A stretch of DNA of 64,000 nucleotides, taken from NCBI RefSeq assembly GCF_020745735.1, contig NW_026867526.1:474416-538415 (forward strand), read 5' to 3'. Of the stretch, positions 34,238-46,594 are shown piece by piece. Source of the stretch: Hemiscyllium ocellatum. Its lineage: Eukaryota. How positions within the stretch are numbered: the stretch's first letter is position 1; each line of letters starts with the position of its first letter. The translations under genes and the position numbers were made by a program. Under the pieces are notes generated by a model. The model was given only the letters and a program-made list of their open reading frames with translations, was not told the DNA's origin and made no database searches.

Positions 34238-34787
34238 AGCTGTTTACTTATTGTTTAGGGGAACAACCACAGGGGAACCCTGCACTGCCTGCTTCTTCCC
34301 CTTCCCACCTCTAACTGTTACCCAGCTACCTCTGTTCTCCGGCGTAACTATGTCCCTGTAGTTTCTATCAATCACCCTCTCAGCCTCTCAAATAATGCTC
34401 AGTTCATCCAACTCCAGTTCCAGTTCCCTAACTCGTTCAGTGAGGAGCAGGATCTGACTGCATTTCCTGCAGATGATGTCGGCAGGAGTATCGGTGGTCA
34501 CCCCTACCTCAAACATCCTGCAGGAGGAACATTCCACTGCCTGCGCTGCCATGACTGTACACTTTGTCTCCAAAACAAGAACACTGAGTCAATAACACTG
34601 AGTCGCTTACCTGTGGACTTTAAAGTTAGGTTAGAGGAGGAGGATGGGAGGGAGGCCTGGGGTCTAGAACACACCCACTCAAATACCAATCACTTACCTT
34701 CCCGACCAGCTCTGCATTCCAACCTCACTTCCACCCAGCTCGCGCCGCTGTCTGCGGTGAAAGGACCGTTGGCGTCGAGGTCATCTT

Positions 34788-36215
34788 CTGGTCATCTCTG
34801 ACAATATCACACTGTAGATACAAGAATTTCCTTTCCTGATGAAACAAGAACCACTGGTGGTGTTCAAAACTGATGACGATCATCATAACCAGGATGGAAT
34901 TCTTTCTGGAGCTGGCAAGACCAGATGACAGTTGAAGATGGCACGCTTATGTGGGGAGCAAAGATGTTTGTTACAGACAAAGGTCATTGTCAGATACCAC
35001 CAGACTCCACCTATGATTTCCAAAATGAAGATATTGGTGAGAGGTTATGTCTGATAGCCAGAATTGGATGCCGATGCAGCCATGTTGGTGGGGCAATATC
35101 CACAATGCCAAGGACAGAGGACAGAAATTGTCACCAGCAGTGCATCATTTTCATGGCACTGACCAGGTAGAACCTTAGCTCAGTTACAAGTCGAATGTGC
35201 CGGTCCATTATGTGGGATCTGTACTTTAAGGATGTCGGTCACAGATAAAGGGTATTCATTTGCCAGCAGGTAGTTTAGTGTATTGCCTAAAATCGAATGG
35301 CATTAGCATGTAGTGACAACTGCATGCGTTGTCTGATTCTATGGTGGAAAGTATGGTCCAAACATTGATGGCAAAGTTAAGTAAACAGCCAACAACTTCA
35401 CTGGATGTCAAACTGTCCCACTTTCTCTCTGATTATAGAAACATCGCTCACACAACTGCAGTGACAACGCCACCAGAATTGCTAATGTGAAGAAGCCTCC
35501 AAGTTAAATCGGATCTTCTCGGATGTTGTGGGGAGAGTGACACGGCATCAGGAAGGCCAATGCCAGTCACAAAACCCCTCTTTGTGGGAGGCAGTTTATT
35601 TCATGGCACAAAATGTGCTGTTGAATCGATGGGAATGGACCTGAATGTGTTCAAAGTGAAGTCAGGTCACAAGATGTGCAATGCTTATGTCACACTAGAA
35701 GTCCTGAACAATTTTGAGGATCGCATGATTGCTGCAACCTCAAGACTTGGTCAGGAGCACAACATACCCAGCCCCTCACAACATTCAGCAAGGCTGTCCG
35801 AACCTGTGGGTTCTCCCCCTCCTCCACTCAGTGTGGAAGAATCCCCTGAGAGTGAGATGGACATGGCAGATGTTGCAGCATTGGCACCATTACCACCTGT
35901 AGAAGAAGATACATTTCTTCTGAGATGCAAGAAGTGGGCCACAGTCCAGCCCAAGGCGGCGGAATGCAGCCCCGAGTCCGAAGAAGTAGATCTTGTGGGA
36001 AAATGACTCATGATATGTTGCAAGAAAGAGAATGGGCCTTTGTCCCAGGAATTAGAGGGGGACGGAAGTGAACCTCATTGAATATATATTTCCAGGTTGG
36101 GGCTGTTCACCTGGTCTAATCAGGGAGACCTGACTGGCAGATGTGTCGGCGATCTGCTCACTTGAGGAGCTGTGTCGATGAAGGCTAGGTCAGTGTCATG
36201 TACTTTGCCCATGGC
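34788..36215 (+). mobile_element. Gypsy integrase remnant, PPT and LTR remnant (monomer 5, right of CR1)
   Basis: TVEDGTLMWGA; PPT ttagagggggacgg ~36052-36066. Confidence 0.85.
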
Positions 36216-36239
36216 GAATTTTGGATTGCATGCCATAAC

Positions 36240-36875
36240 ATGTTACATGCATGGAGTTCAGCAATATCTAAGCCTTGGATCAAATAGAGAAAGTGGTCCT
36301 CCAGCTCGAGAACAGGGCTGCAGTTGCAATTGGTATTCCCCCTCCAGCATAGAACTGCGGAGGCTCCGAGCTTCCAGTGCAACTGAATATCCTTGTCTGC
36401 CTTCTCTGGAAGGAGGAGAGCATCCCAGGATAGCTCCCAGATGCCAACATCAGGAGTATTTTCAAATAATGGAACATATCAGACTGTGGTACGTTCAGGG
36501 CAATGTCCGTGATGTTGACCACTGGACAATTCATCACCAAGGTACTTTTCAACTGTCTCTTCCTTATGGCTGATGAACTCCCTCTGCAGTTTCAGTGTGA
36601 CTTTCGGCCTCAGATGGGCACATTCAGCATGACTGCGTAGGGCCTTCTTCAACCTTACAAAGGCCTTTGACACCATCAATCAGAAAGCACTTGTACAGCA
36701 TTCCTCTCCACTTTCGATGCAGCATGAAGTTTGTAACCATATGTCACCTGATCCACAACAACGTGCAAATCATCATAATAACAAGCGGCCTCAACACCCG
36801 TCCATTCCCACTTTAACTCAGCGTCGATCATTGCTGTGTCTTCACCACAAAACTGCTCTGAATCTACCTCACAAC
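36240..36875 (+). mobile_element. RTE LINE RT fragment (monomer 6)
   Basis: Same RTE segment; U1 deleted in this monomer. Confidence 0.85.
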
Positions 36876-36879
36876 ACCG

Positions 36880-36935
36880 ATGAGAGAGAGAGCAAACTAA
36901 GATTTTGAATCTTGATGACTTCTCATCAGAGCTGT
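36880..36935 (-). mobile_element. Penelope pLTR module, partial (monomer 6)
   Basis: cagct-CTGATGA-gaagtcatcaagattc-AAAA-tctt-agtt. Confidence 0.7.
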
Positions 36936-37334
36936 TTGTATTCTATGATATGTTTGAGTTTGCTTTTATGTTACCCCCTGTGGACCCTGCCCCTGAGTGA
37001 TTAGTGGGAACAGAGTCCAGCAGAGTCAGGTTTTGATTATGTCTTTCTACAGAATAATAGTGTCTTTTTTGTTCAACTAGTCGCTTTAGGTTCTTTTTGA
37101 AAGAGCAGAGCATATGTCATGGTCTTGTGCCGGTTCTGGGAGTCTCTGATGCAGGCAGTGATAGTTGTTTATCAGATTGGAAGCCTGTGATGAATGCAGG
37201 AATCGGTGCTGGGTCGAATGCCGTTTGTCATTTATGTAAAGGATTTGCGTGAGAATATGAGATGCATGGTTGGTGAGGATTGGCAGGTGGAGTTTAATTG
37301 GCAGGACCTGTGTTGAACCGAGAGACCCCGGGGT

Positions 37335-39990
37335 TGACAGAACTTCTACAGTGTGGAGGCAGGCCATTTGACACAATAGGTCCACACCACCAGTGCCATT
37401 CGCCTTGTGTGCAAAAGTAGAGTCATGTGCCTGGAGCGCTGAGGGATCATCAAACCACCGTAGTTTGCAGCACTGTTGATATCCATTATTGGTCGAGTCG
37501 CATTTGTGCCAATTTGAAAGAAATGTTGAGCCAGTTTTTGAAGCCAGATAAATAAACAGTAAATTGCATTGAGGAGTTTTACGCAAAAGTGCACGGAACT
37601 TGTTTTACACAATGCTGGAAATGAGCTGAGTGAATGTGCCATTGTGATTCAGTGAGGATTTCCATAAACATGCACCAATTAATACCCATGAGGGATGGAA
37701 ACAATATCCTTGACTGCCTGTCTTTTAGGGTGTCATCAGCTGGTGAACAGTTCCAGGGAATGAGGGAGAACATTTTACAAGGTCTACTGCAGGTCGATAT
37801 TTATCTGAATGATGTGCTAAATACAGTGATGATCAATAAAAATGTGTTTAATGTTTCTCCAAATCCTTAGAATGGTAAAAAAAGCAGATGGGTTCCAAGG
37901 CATCCCAACTGAACTCATTGAGCGTCAGCATCAACAACAGTGGGCTATGCACATCCAACAATAACATGAGGGTATCCAAGGGTTCCTCAGTTCCCACATC
38001 TGTATCAGTGCTTTGGACTTTCCTTGGCTTGGTGAATTATTACGGAAAATTCTGTAATGAGCTAGCATTCATTCTGGCAGCTTAGATTTGCTATTCAGAA
38101 AGAGCCAACTTTGCAAGTAGCCGAGTCACCAAGATGTAGCTTTTCAGGAATTGAAAAAGCAGCTATCGGCATTTAAAATTTTTGCACAGACTAATCCCCA
38201 GTGAGACGTGGTGCTGACATGCGAAGCCTCCCCACACAGTATCCAGTTACTGCTGGCTCACCGACAGCTCAGCAGAGAGAACTGCCCAGTGGTATATGCT
38301 GACCAGGCTTTGGCTGATGCCAAATGAAAATTCATCCAGAGTGAGAAGGAAAGTTTGGTGATAATCTTTTGTGTGAGAAAATACATCCAACCAATATATT
38401 CATTTTACATACGTTTGATGTAGTAATGCACCACAAACCTCTACTAAGGCTACCCGATGAAGACAGGGCCATCCCACTTTTTGCTTCACGTTCGAATTCT
38501 GATGTGAGCTTTTATTCTGAGTGCATGGAATTACAAGTTGGAACAGCATACGTGCAATCAAGTGTTTAATGCCTGCAGCCAACTCCCTACGGTGGATACA
38601 CCATGGTGAGTTCAACCTAAGGAAGAATCCGTTCTGGTTTTAAAATTCCTGTACACCCATCTAGTCATCTCTGACAATATCACACTGCGGGTACAACTGA
38701 TGTCTTCAAAACCAAAAGGTGATCATTACCAGAATGGAATCCTTTCTGAACCTGGCGAGACCAGACTTGAAGACTGCATATTAATGTGGGGAACCAGTGT
38801 GTTTGTCACAAGCAATGGTCACTGTTGGATACCAGGTCAACTCCATCAGGGTCATCCTGTGATTTCCAAAATGAAGATGTTGACGAGAAGCTATGTCTTG
38901 TGACCAGAATTGGATGCCGATACAGCCATTTTTGTGAGGCATTACCCACAGTGCTAACAAGGACAGAAATTGTCACCAGCAGAGCACTATATTCATTGGA
39001 ATAGCCAGGTATTACATTGGATCAGTTACGCATTCAATGTGCCTGTCCATTTACGGGATGTATACTTGTAATGATGTTGGTCACAGATAAAGGGCATTCA
39101 TTTGCCAGCAGGGAGTTTTGAGTATTTCCGAAAGTCGATTGGGATTTGGCATGTAACGACAGCTGCATCTGTTGTCCGATAGTCTGGTGGAAATAACAGT
39201 CCAAACTTAATAGGCAAAGTTAAGAAAACAGCTGACAACTTCACAGGATTCCATTCCGTGATAAATCTCATCTTCCCAGACCTTGTAGGAAATGGAAAAC
39301 AACATCTAGAATGCCAATGCCGGCCACAAAATGGCTCTTTGTGAGAGAGACAGTTTACATCATGGGGCAAAATTTGCTGTTGCAGCCATGGGCAGAGACT
39401 TGTGTGGCTAAGAGGCATATAGTCAGGGTGAGGACAGATTCCATGATGTACAATGCTTGAATTGGACAAGCAGTACTGAACAAATGTGAGGATCACGTGA
39501 TTGCTGTAACCTCACAAGTGGTCAGGAGAAATACACACCCAGTTGTTCTGAACATCCAGATATTCTGTCCAAACGTGTGGGTTCTCTTGGTCCTCCTAGT
39601 GTGGAAGAAACCTCTGAGAGTGAGATGGATACAGCAGGTGTTGCAACATTGTGGCTGTTACCATATGTGGAAGAAGGTAAACATTTTCTGAGATGCAAGA
39701 GGTGGGCTGCCGACCAACACATGCCAACATTAGCCAAGCCAGAGTCCAGGTTAGTGGACCTCATGGGGAAATGCCTCAGGAGATGCTTCAGGAAAAAGAA
39801 AGGGCCTGTAGCTCAGGACTTAGAGCATGATGGAGGTGATGATTGGAACGGAGTCAGCCAGGTAACAGTTGTAGCTGTTAATCTGATCCACTCAGGGAGT
39901 CCTGGTTATCAGGTGTGTCAGGGATTCTGCTGCACGTGAGGAGCTGTCGCAAAGAAGGCAAGGTCAGTATCATATACGTGCATGTGCAAG
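37335..39990 (+). mobile_element. Gypsy pol pseudogene, PPT/LTR remnant (monomer 6)
   Basis: GVSSAGEQFQGMRENILQGLLQVDIYLNDVL (YLDD box); LEDCILMWG...QLHQGHPVISKMKMLTRSYV. Confidence 0.9.
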
Positions 39991-39999
39991 ATCTTGTAC

Positions 40000-40760
40000 T
40001 GTATCCCACAGAGTATTAGACGTAAGGAGCTCAGCAATCCCCAGTCTTGGACGAAACAGAGAAGGCTGTCATCCAGTTTAAGAATGAGATTAGATTAGAT
40101 TAGATTACTTACCGTGTGGAAACAGGCCCTTCGGCCCAACAAGTCCACACTGACCTGACGAAGCGCAACCCACCCATACCCCTACATTTACCCCTTGCCT
40201 AACACTACGGGCAATTTTAGCATGGCCAATTCACCTGATCCGCACATCTTTGGACTGTGGGAGGAAACCGGAGCACCCGGAGGAAACCCACGTTTGAGGT
40301 GGAGGCACAATTGGTATTCCCCCTGAGACATTGAAATGGAGGGGCAATGAGCTCCCAATGCAACGGCGTGCCCTTGTCTGCGTCATCTGGATGGAGGAGA
40401 GCATCTCAAGAGAGCTCCCAGATGCCACAGTTGTGAGTGTTTTCAAGACAAGAGAATGTGTCAGACTATGGTAACTACAGCAAAATATCCCTGATGTCGA
40501 TCATTGGAAAACGTATCGCTAAGGCCCTTGTCTACTGTCTCCTGCCTTTGCGTGATGATCCCATCCTGGAATTTCTGTCCATACTTCAGCCACAGATGGG
40601 CACAAAGGACAGGATTTTACTGTTATGTAGGGTGCTCTTAGACCCTTCAAAGCCTTTGACACCATCGATCAGGAAGCATATATGGAGCGTTCTTCTCCAC
40701 TTTATTTGCATCATGCAACTTGTCACCATCCATCACCTGGTCCATAATGACGTGTAAGTC
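40000..40760 (+). mobile_element. RTE LINE RT fragment (monomer 7), interrupted by HE1
   Basis: SDYGNYSKISLMSIIGKRIAKAL. Confidence 0.8.
40087..40292 (-). mobile_element. HE1 SINE, 5'-truncated
   Basis: (agatt)n tail on +, HE1 3' half. Confidence 0.9.
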
Positions 40761-40789
40761 ATCTTCATGACGTGTTCAACATATTGGTT

Positions 40790-42205
40790 GAACTTTGTCA
40801 GGCTCAACATTCCATCTCCATCTGAATGCATTTTCATTCGGCATCAGCCAAACTCTGGGAAGCAAGTACTATCAGGTGGTTCTCTCTGTCATTGAGCCAG
40901 CAATAACCGGATACCAGATGGTGAGGCTTCGCATGTCAGTGTCTCATCTCACTGTAAAATCCTGTCCTTTGTGCCCAGCTACTCCACCAGGGTCACCCTG
41001 TGATTTCCAAAATTAAGATGTTGATGAGAAGTTATGTCTTGTTGCCAGAATTGGATTCTGATACAACCATGTTCGTGGGGCATTTCCCACAGTGCCAACA
41101 AAGGCAGAACTTGTCACCAGCAGCGCACTATATTCATGGGAATGGCCAGGTATAACCTTAGCTCAGTTACACATCAAATGTGCCAGTCTGTTCTGTAGGA
41201 TCTGTACTTGTAATGATGTTGGTCACAGGTAAAGGGCATTCATTTGCCAGCAGGTAGTTTTGAGTATTACCTAAAATCGAATGGCATTCAGCATGTAGTG
41301 ACAGCTGTATCCATTGTCCGATTGTCTGGTGGAAAGAACAGTCCAAATATTGAGGGCAAAGTTAAGAAAACAGCTGGCAACATCGCTGGATACCAAACTG
41401 TCCCACTTTCTGTTGATTATAGAAACACCGCTCACACAACTGCAGTGACAACTCCACCAGATTTGCTGATGCGAAGAAGACTCCAAGGTAAATGTGATCT
41501 TTTTGGATGCTGTGGGGAGAGTGAAACGGCATCAGGGAGGCCAATGCCGGCCACAAAACCCCTCTTTGTGTGTGAGGCTGTTTACTTCATGGGACAAAAT
41601 GTGCTGTTGAAACTGTGGGAATGGCCCCGAATAGGTACAGGATATGTTCAAAGTGAGGACAGGTCGCAAGATGTACAATGCTTAGGTCACACAAGAGGTC
41701 CTGAACAATTGTGAGGATCATATGATTGCTGCAACCTCAGGACATGGTCAGGAGCAAAACATACCCAGCTCCTCACAACATTCAGCAAGGCTGTCCAAAC
41801 CTGTCCTTCACCCAGTGTGGAAAAATCCTCTGAGGGTGAGATGGACATGGCAGATGTTGCAGCATTGGCACCATTGCCACCTGCAGAAGAAGATAATTTC
41901 TTTCTGAGACACAAGGGGAAGGCCACAGTCCAGCACATGGTGGCAGATTGCAGCGCGGAGTCCGAGGAGGTGGACCGAGTGGGAAAGTGACTCAAGAGAT
42001 GGTGCAAGAAAGAGGGATTAGATGGGGACGGAATTGATGATTGGAATGCAGTCAGCAAGTGAACCTCATTGAATATAATTTTCCAGGTTGAGGCTGTTCA
42101 CCTCGGCTAATCAGAGAGACCTGACTGACAGATGTGTCAGGGATTCTGCTCATTCGAGGAGCAGTCTCTATGAAGGCTAGGTCAGTGTCACGTACTATGC
42201 ACGTG
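40790..42205 (+). mobile_element. Gypsy RNaseH-integrase remnant and LTR (monomer 7)
   Basis: DYRNTAHTTAVTTPPDLLMRRRL integrase-core remnant. Confidence 0.85.
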
Positions 42206-42219
42206 GAAAATTTTGGAGT

Positions 42220-42895
42220 GCATGCCACAGCATATTACATGCACTGAGTTTAGGAATACTTAAACCTTGGTCGAAACAGAGGATGCGGTCCTTCAGCTGA
42301 AGAACAAGGCTGCAGTTGCAAATGGGAGTCCCCCTCAAGCATAGAACTGCAGAGGCACTGTGCTTCCAGTGCAGCTGAATATCCTTGTCTGCCTTCTCTG
42401 GAAGGAGGAGAGCATCCCAGGAGAGCTGCCATATGCCAACGTCAGGAAATTTTCAAATAATGGAACATGTCAAACAGTGGTACGTACAGGGGAGTGTCCC
42501 TGATGTTGACCCCTGGACAATTCATCACCAAGGTCCTTTTCAACTGTCTCCTCCTTATGGCTGATGAACTACGTCCGAAGTTTGAGTGTGACTTTCAGTC
42601 GCAGAGGTGCACATTGTACATAATTTTCACGATTGTAAATGGCCTTCTTGGACCTTACAAAGGCCTTTGGTACCATCAATCAGAAAGCACTTGGGCAGCA
42701 TTCTTCTCTGCTTTCGATGCAGTATGAAGTTTGTCACCGTCCGTCAACTGATCCACAACAACATGCCAGTCACTGTAATAACAAGCAGCCTCAGTACCCG
42801 TCCATTCCCCCTTTTACCCGGTGTCCTGCAGGGCTGTGTCATCACCACAAACTGCTGTGAAGCTGCCTCGCAGCATGACCTCATCACAGATAAGC
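42220..42895 (+). mobile_element. RTE LINE RT fragment (monomer 8)
   Basis: GTYRGVSLM...MAFLDLTKAFGTINQKAL. Confidence 0.88.
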
Positions 42896-43099
42896 TGCCC
42901 ACTTGAGCCAAGGCGGGTGTATTGAAGTCCTGCAATGTCGCTGTCCCAGAAACCCTTGATGGGTGTCATTGTGAGTGGTAAGTTATTTTCAATTGAAATG
43001 AGCATGTGTACTTTCTCTGGATTTCAAACCATTGTTGTTTCTTTCCAGGAGTGTTCAATCATGACAGAGCAGAGCGAATTGATTTACCTAGTAGAAAGG

Positions 43100-43195
43100 A
43101 ACAAATTCTGGAGATCACAGTGGGTCAGACATGATCCATGAAAGAGAGCAAGTTAAGACTTTGTGTCGAGATGGCACCGCATCTGAGCTGTTCAT
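43100..43195 (-). mobile_element. Penelope pLTR module (monomer 8), decayed
   Basis: ctggagatcacagtgggtcagac...gagagcaagttaag...gagctgttc. Confidence 0.65.
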
Positions 43196-43684
43196 TTGTT
43201 GTTTGTTTTCTTTTTCTACCTTGAGTTTATTTTTATTTTGGCGCCGTGTGGCCCATGCCCACGAGTGGTTGTTGGGCACTGAATCCAGGAGAGGCAATGT
43301 TTGATTGTTTATTTCCTTCTGTCTTTCTCTGGAGGAACAGAATAGAGAGACAAAAACAGTCTTTTTTGTTGTACAAAGTGAAAGCGGAGTTTGCTTATGT
43401 TTTGGGAGAGTAGAGTGTATGTCCTGGTGCAATGCCTATTCGGGCAGTATCTGTCTGGTGTTGTTTTTCAGACTGGAGGATCGTGATGAATATAGGAATC
43501 GGTGATGTGTCCATGCCATTTGTCATTTATGTAAAGGATTTGAATGAGAATATAGGATGCATGGTTTGTGAGGAATGGCCGGGAGAGATACTTGCAAAAT
43601 GTTGCATTTTGGTAAGTGGAACAGGGCAAGACCACTTTTGGTAGGGCCTGTGGAGTGATGACGAACAGAGAGTCCTAGGAGTTG

Positions 43685-45625
43685 ACAGAACCTCTACAGT
43701 GCGGAAGTAGGCTATTTTGCACAACAGGCCCAGAGTATCAGTCCCATTTCCCTTGCATGCAAAAGTAGAGGCACAAGTCAATAGCCGAGAAAGCTAAGCG
43801 ATGACCAAATCACTACAGTGGGCCCTATGTACAGTGCTATTCGAATCCATTATGTGTCAGTTCGCCTGCGTGGAGATTTAAAGAATTGATGAGCTAATTT
43901 TTGAAGCCAGGTATATCACCAATCCATCACATTGAGGACTTGTCTGCAAAACTGCAGGTGCCCTGTCCTTGACCAAACTGGATATGGGCCAGATGAACAT
44001 GGCATTGAGCTTCAGTAAGGATTCCCACAAATATGCTACAATCAATACCTATAAAGGGTGGAACCACTGTACTTGACTGCCTTTCTTTGGGGATATCATC
44101 AGCCGGTAAATCGTTCGAGTGAATGGCGGAGATCAGTTACAAGGTCTACCCATGGTCCCTATCTATCTGAAAGTTTGCTCATCACTGGGAAGATCAATAA
44201 ATATTATTGAGTGTTTGAACAAGACCTTAGGAAGGAAAACAAATGTGTTCCAAGGCAGCCCAAGTGACCTTCTTGGGCTACAGAATGGACAAGAGTGGCT
44301 TCCACACATTGAAAGATAAAGCAAGGGCAACCAAGGTTCCCTTGGTTCCCATCTCTGCATCGGAGCTTCAGTCTTTCCTTGGGTTGTTGAATTATTATGG
44401 AAAATTCTGTCATCACCTGGCCTCCATTTTGGCAGCTAGGATGTGATATTCAGAAAGGGCCAGCATTGAAAGTACTCGTATCGCCAAGAAGAACTCTTAT
44501 GAGAATTGAAAAAGCATCTATCCGTGTTTAATGCTTTGGCACAGAGTGATCTCCAGTGAGATGTGGCACGGACACGTGAAGCCTCACCATTTGGTATCCA
44601 GTTACTGCTGGCTCACCGACAGAGAGAACCGCCTCATATTATGTGCATCCCAGAGTTTGGCTGATGCCGAATGAAAATGCGTCCAGATGGAGATGGAATG
44701 TTTGGCAGTAACCTTTGTGTGACAAAGTTCAACCAATATGTTTTTGATGTAGTAATGGACCACAAAACCCTGCTAGAGCTTCCTGAAAAAGGCAGGGCTA
44801 TCCCACTTGCAGATTCAGGTTAAGTTCAGAAGTGAGCTCTTATTCTGAGTGCATGGATTTACAAATTGGAACACCATCCCTGCAGTCACCTGGTTAATGC
44901 CTGAGGTCACCATGGCACGTTCCACCAAAGGAAGAGTCCATTATGGTTTTAAACTTCCTGCTTCCCTTCTAGTCATTTCTGACAATATCTCACTGTAGAT
45001 ATAAGAATTTCCCGTCCTTACTTAGCAAAAACCACTGGTGGTGTTCAAAACGAAAAAGTCATCACAAGCAGGATGGAATTCTTTCTGGAGCTGGCAAGGG
45101 CAGATGACCATTGAAGGTGGCATACTAATATGGGGAGCAAACGTGTTTGTCACAAGCAAAGGTCATGATCAGATAACAGCTAAATGCTCCCAGGCTCATC
45201 CTATCATTTCCAAAATGAAGGCGTTATGTTTCGTGGCCAGAATTGGATGCCAATACAGCCATGTTTGGGCAGTATCCATAATGCCAAGAAGGACAGAAAT
45301 TGTCACCAGCAGTGCTCTATATTCATGGCTCTGCTAGGTCTAACCTTAGCTCAGTTATGCATCGAATGTGCCAGTCTGTTTTGTGGGATCTGTACTTGTA
45401 ATGATGTTGATCACAGATAAAGTGCATTCATTTGCCAGCAGGTAGTTTTGAGCATTACCTAAAATCGATGACATTCGGCATGTGTTGTCCTATTGTATGG
45501 CAGAAAGAACAGTCCAAATATTGAGGGCAAAGTTAAGAAAACAGCTGACAACTTCACTGGATACCAAACTGTCCCGCTTTCTCTTTGATTATAGAAAGGT
45601 AACCATTTTCTGAGATGCAAGAGGT
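43685..45625 (+). mobile_element. Gypsy pol remnant (monomer 8)
   Basis: LQSFLGLLNYYGKF; TIEGGILIWGA. Confidence 0.88.
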
Positions 45626-45629
45626 GCAC

Positions 45630-45790
45630 TGCCATCCCTCACCAGGTCTGGAACGATGTGTAGGTCATCTTAATGACTAACAGCTTGAATACTGACCCAT
45701 TCTGCCTCTGAACTCGTGTCGAGTGGGGCTATGTCATTACAACAAAACCGCTCTGAATCTACCTCACTGCATGACCTCACCGCAGAGAAG
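45630..45790 (+). mobile_element. RTE fragment, 3' part only (monomer 9)
   Basis: Ends at the same EKLP junction into U1. Confidence 0.7.
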
Positions 45791-46004
45791 CTGCCCAATT
45801 GTAGGCCAAGGGGGCTTGTATTGAAGCCCTGCAATGTCACTATCCCAGAAACCCTTGATGGGGATCAGTGTGAGCAGTAAGTTGTTTTAGGTTGAAATGA
45901 ACAGGAATCCTTCTTCGGGATTTTTAACCATTCCCAGATTCCTTTCTCAGGAGTGTTCAATCTCAACAAAGCAGAGCAGATTTTTTCAAACTTTTTTCAT
46001 TGAA

Positions 46005-46100
46005 ATAAATAAATGCTGGAGATCACAGTGGGTCAGACATAATCCATGAGAGAGAGCAAACTAAGATTTTGTGACGAGAAGACCCCGCATCCGAGCTGTT
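46005..46100 (-). mobile_element. Penelope pLTR module (monomer 9), decayed
   Basis: aaatgctggagatcacagtgggtcagac...gagagcaaactaag. Confidence 0.65.
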
Positions 46101-46594
46101 CTTTTGTTGTTTGTTTTATTTGATGACCTTGACTTTGTTTTTATTTTGGTGCTGTATGGCCCATGCCCACGAGTGGTTGGTTGGCACAGCGAGAGCCAAT
46201 TTTTGATTGTTTATTTCCTTCTGTCTTTCCCGAGAGGAACAGTGTCTTTTTTTTTTGTTTTACAAAGTGAAAGCAGCTTTTGTTTCTGTTTTGGAAGAGC
46301 AGAGTGTATGTGCTGGTACGATACATATTTGGACAGAATCTGTTGCACATAATGGGTGTTGTTTTTCAGACTGGAGGCTTGTGATAAATACAGGAATCGG
46401 TGATGTGTCCAATGCTGTTTGTCATATATGTGAAGGATTTGGATGAGAATATAGGGTGCATGGTTTGTGAGAAGTGGCAGGTAGAGTATAATTTTGATAC
46501 ATGCAAAATGTTGCATTTTGGTAAGAGGACGAAGCCAAGACCACTTTTGGAACGGCTTGTGGAGTGTTGTCGAACAGAGAGTCCGAGGGGTTGA

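Larger units (their letters stand above)
31449..34787 (-). mobile_element. Young CR1 (HER1-like) LINE with 5' UTR, ORF1 and ORF2; most of endonuclease deleted
   Basis: 3,339-bp insert absent from copy B (empty site 60888/60889); tail (agaacat)n at 31449. Confidence 0.96.
17535..37780 (+). repeat. Higher-order repeat copy A (part alignable within the window)
   Basis: Anchors offset 30,725 (17551/48276), 29,560 (23404/52964), 29,433 (28490/57923), 29,440 (31441/60881), 26,101 (34788/60889), 26,219 (37742/63961). Confidence 0.93.
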
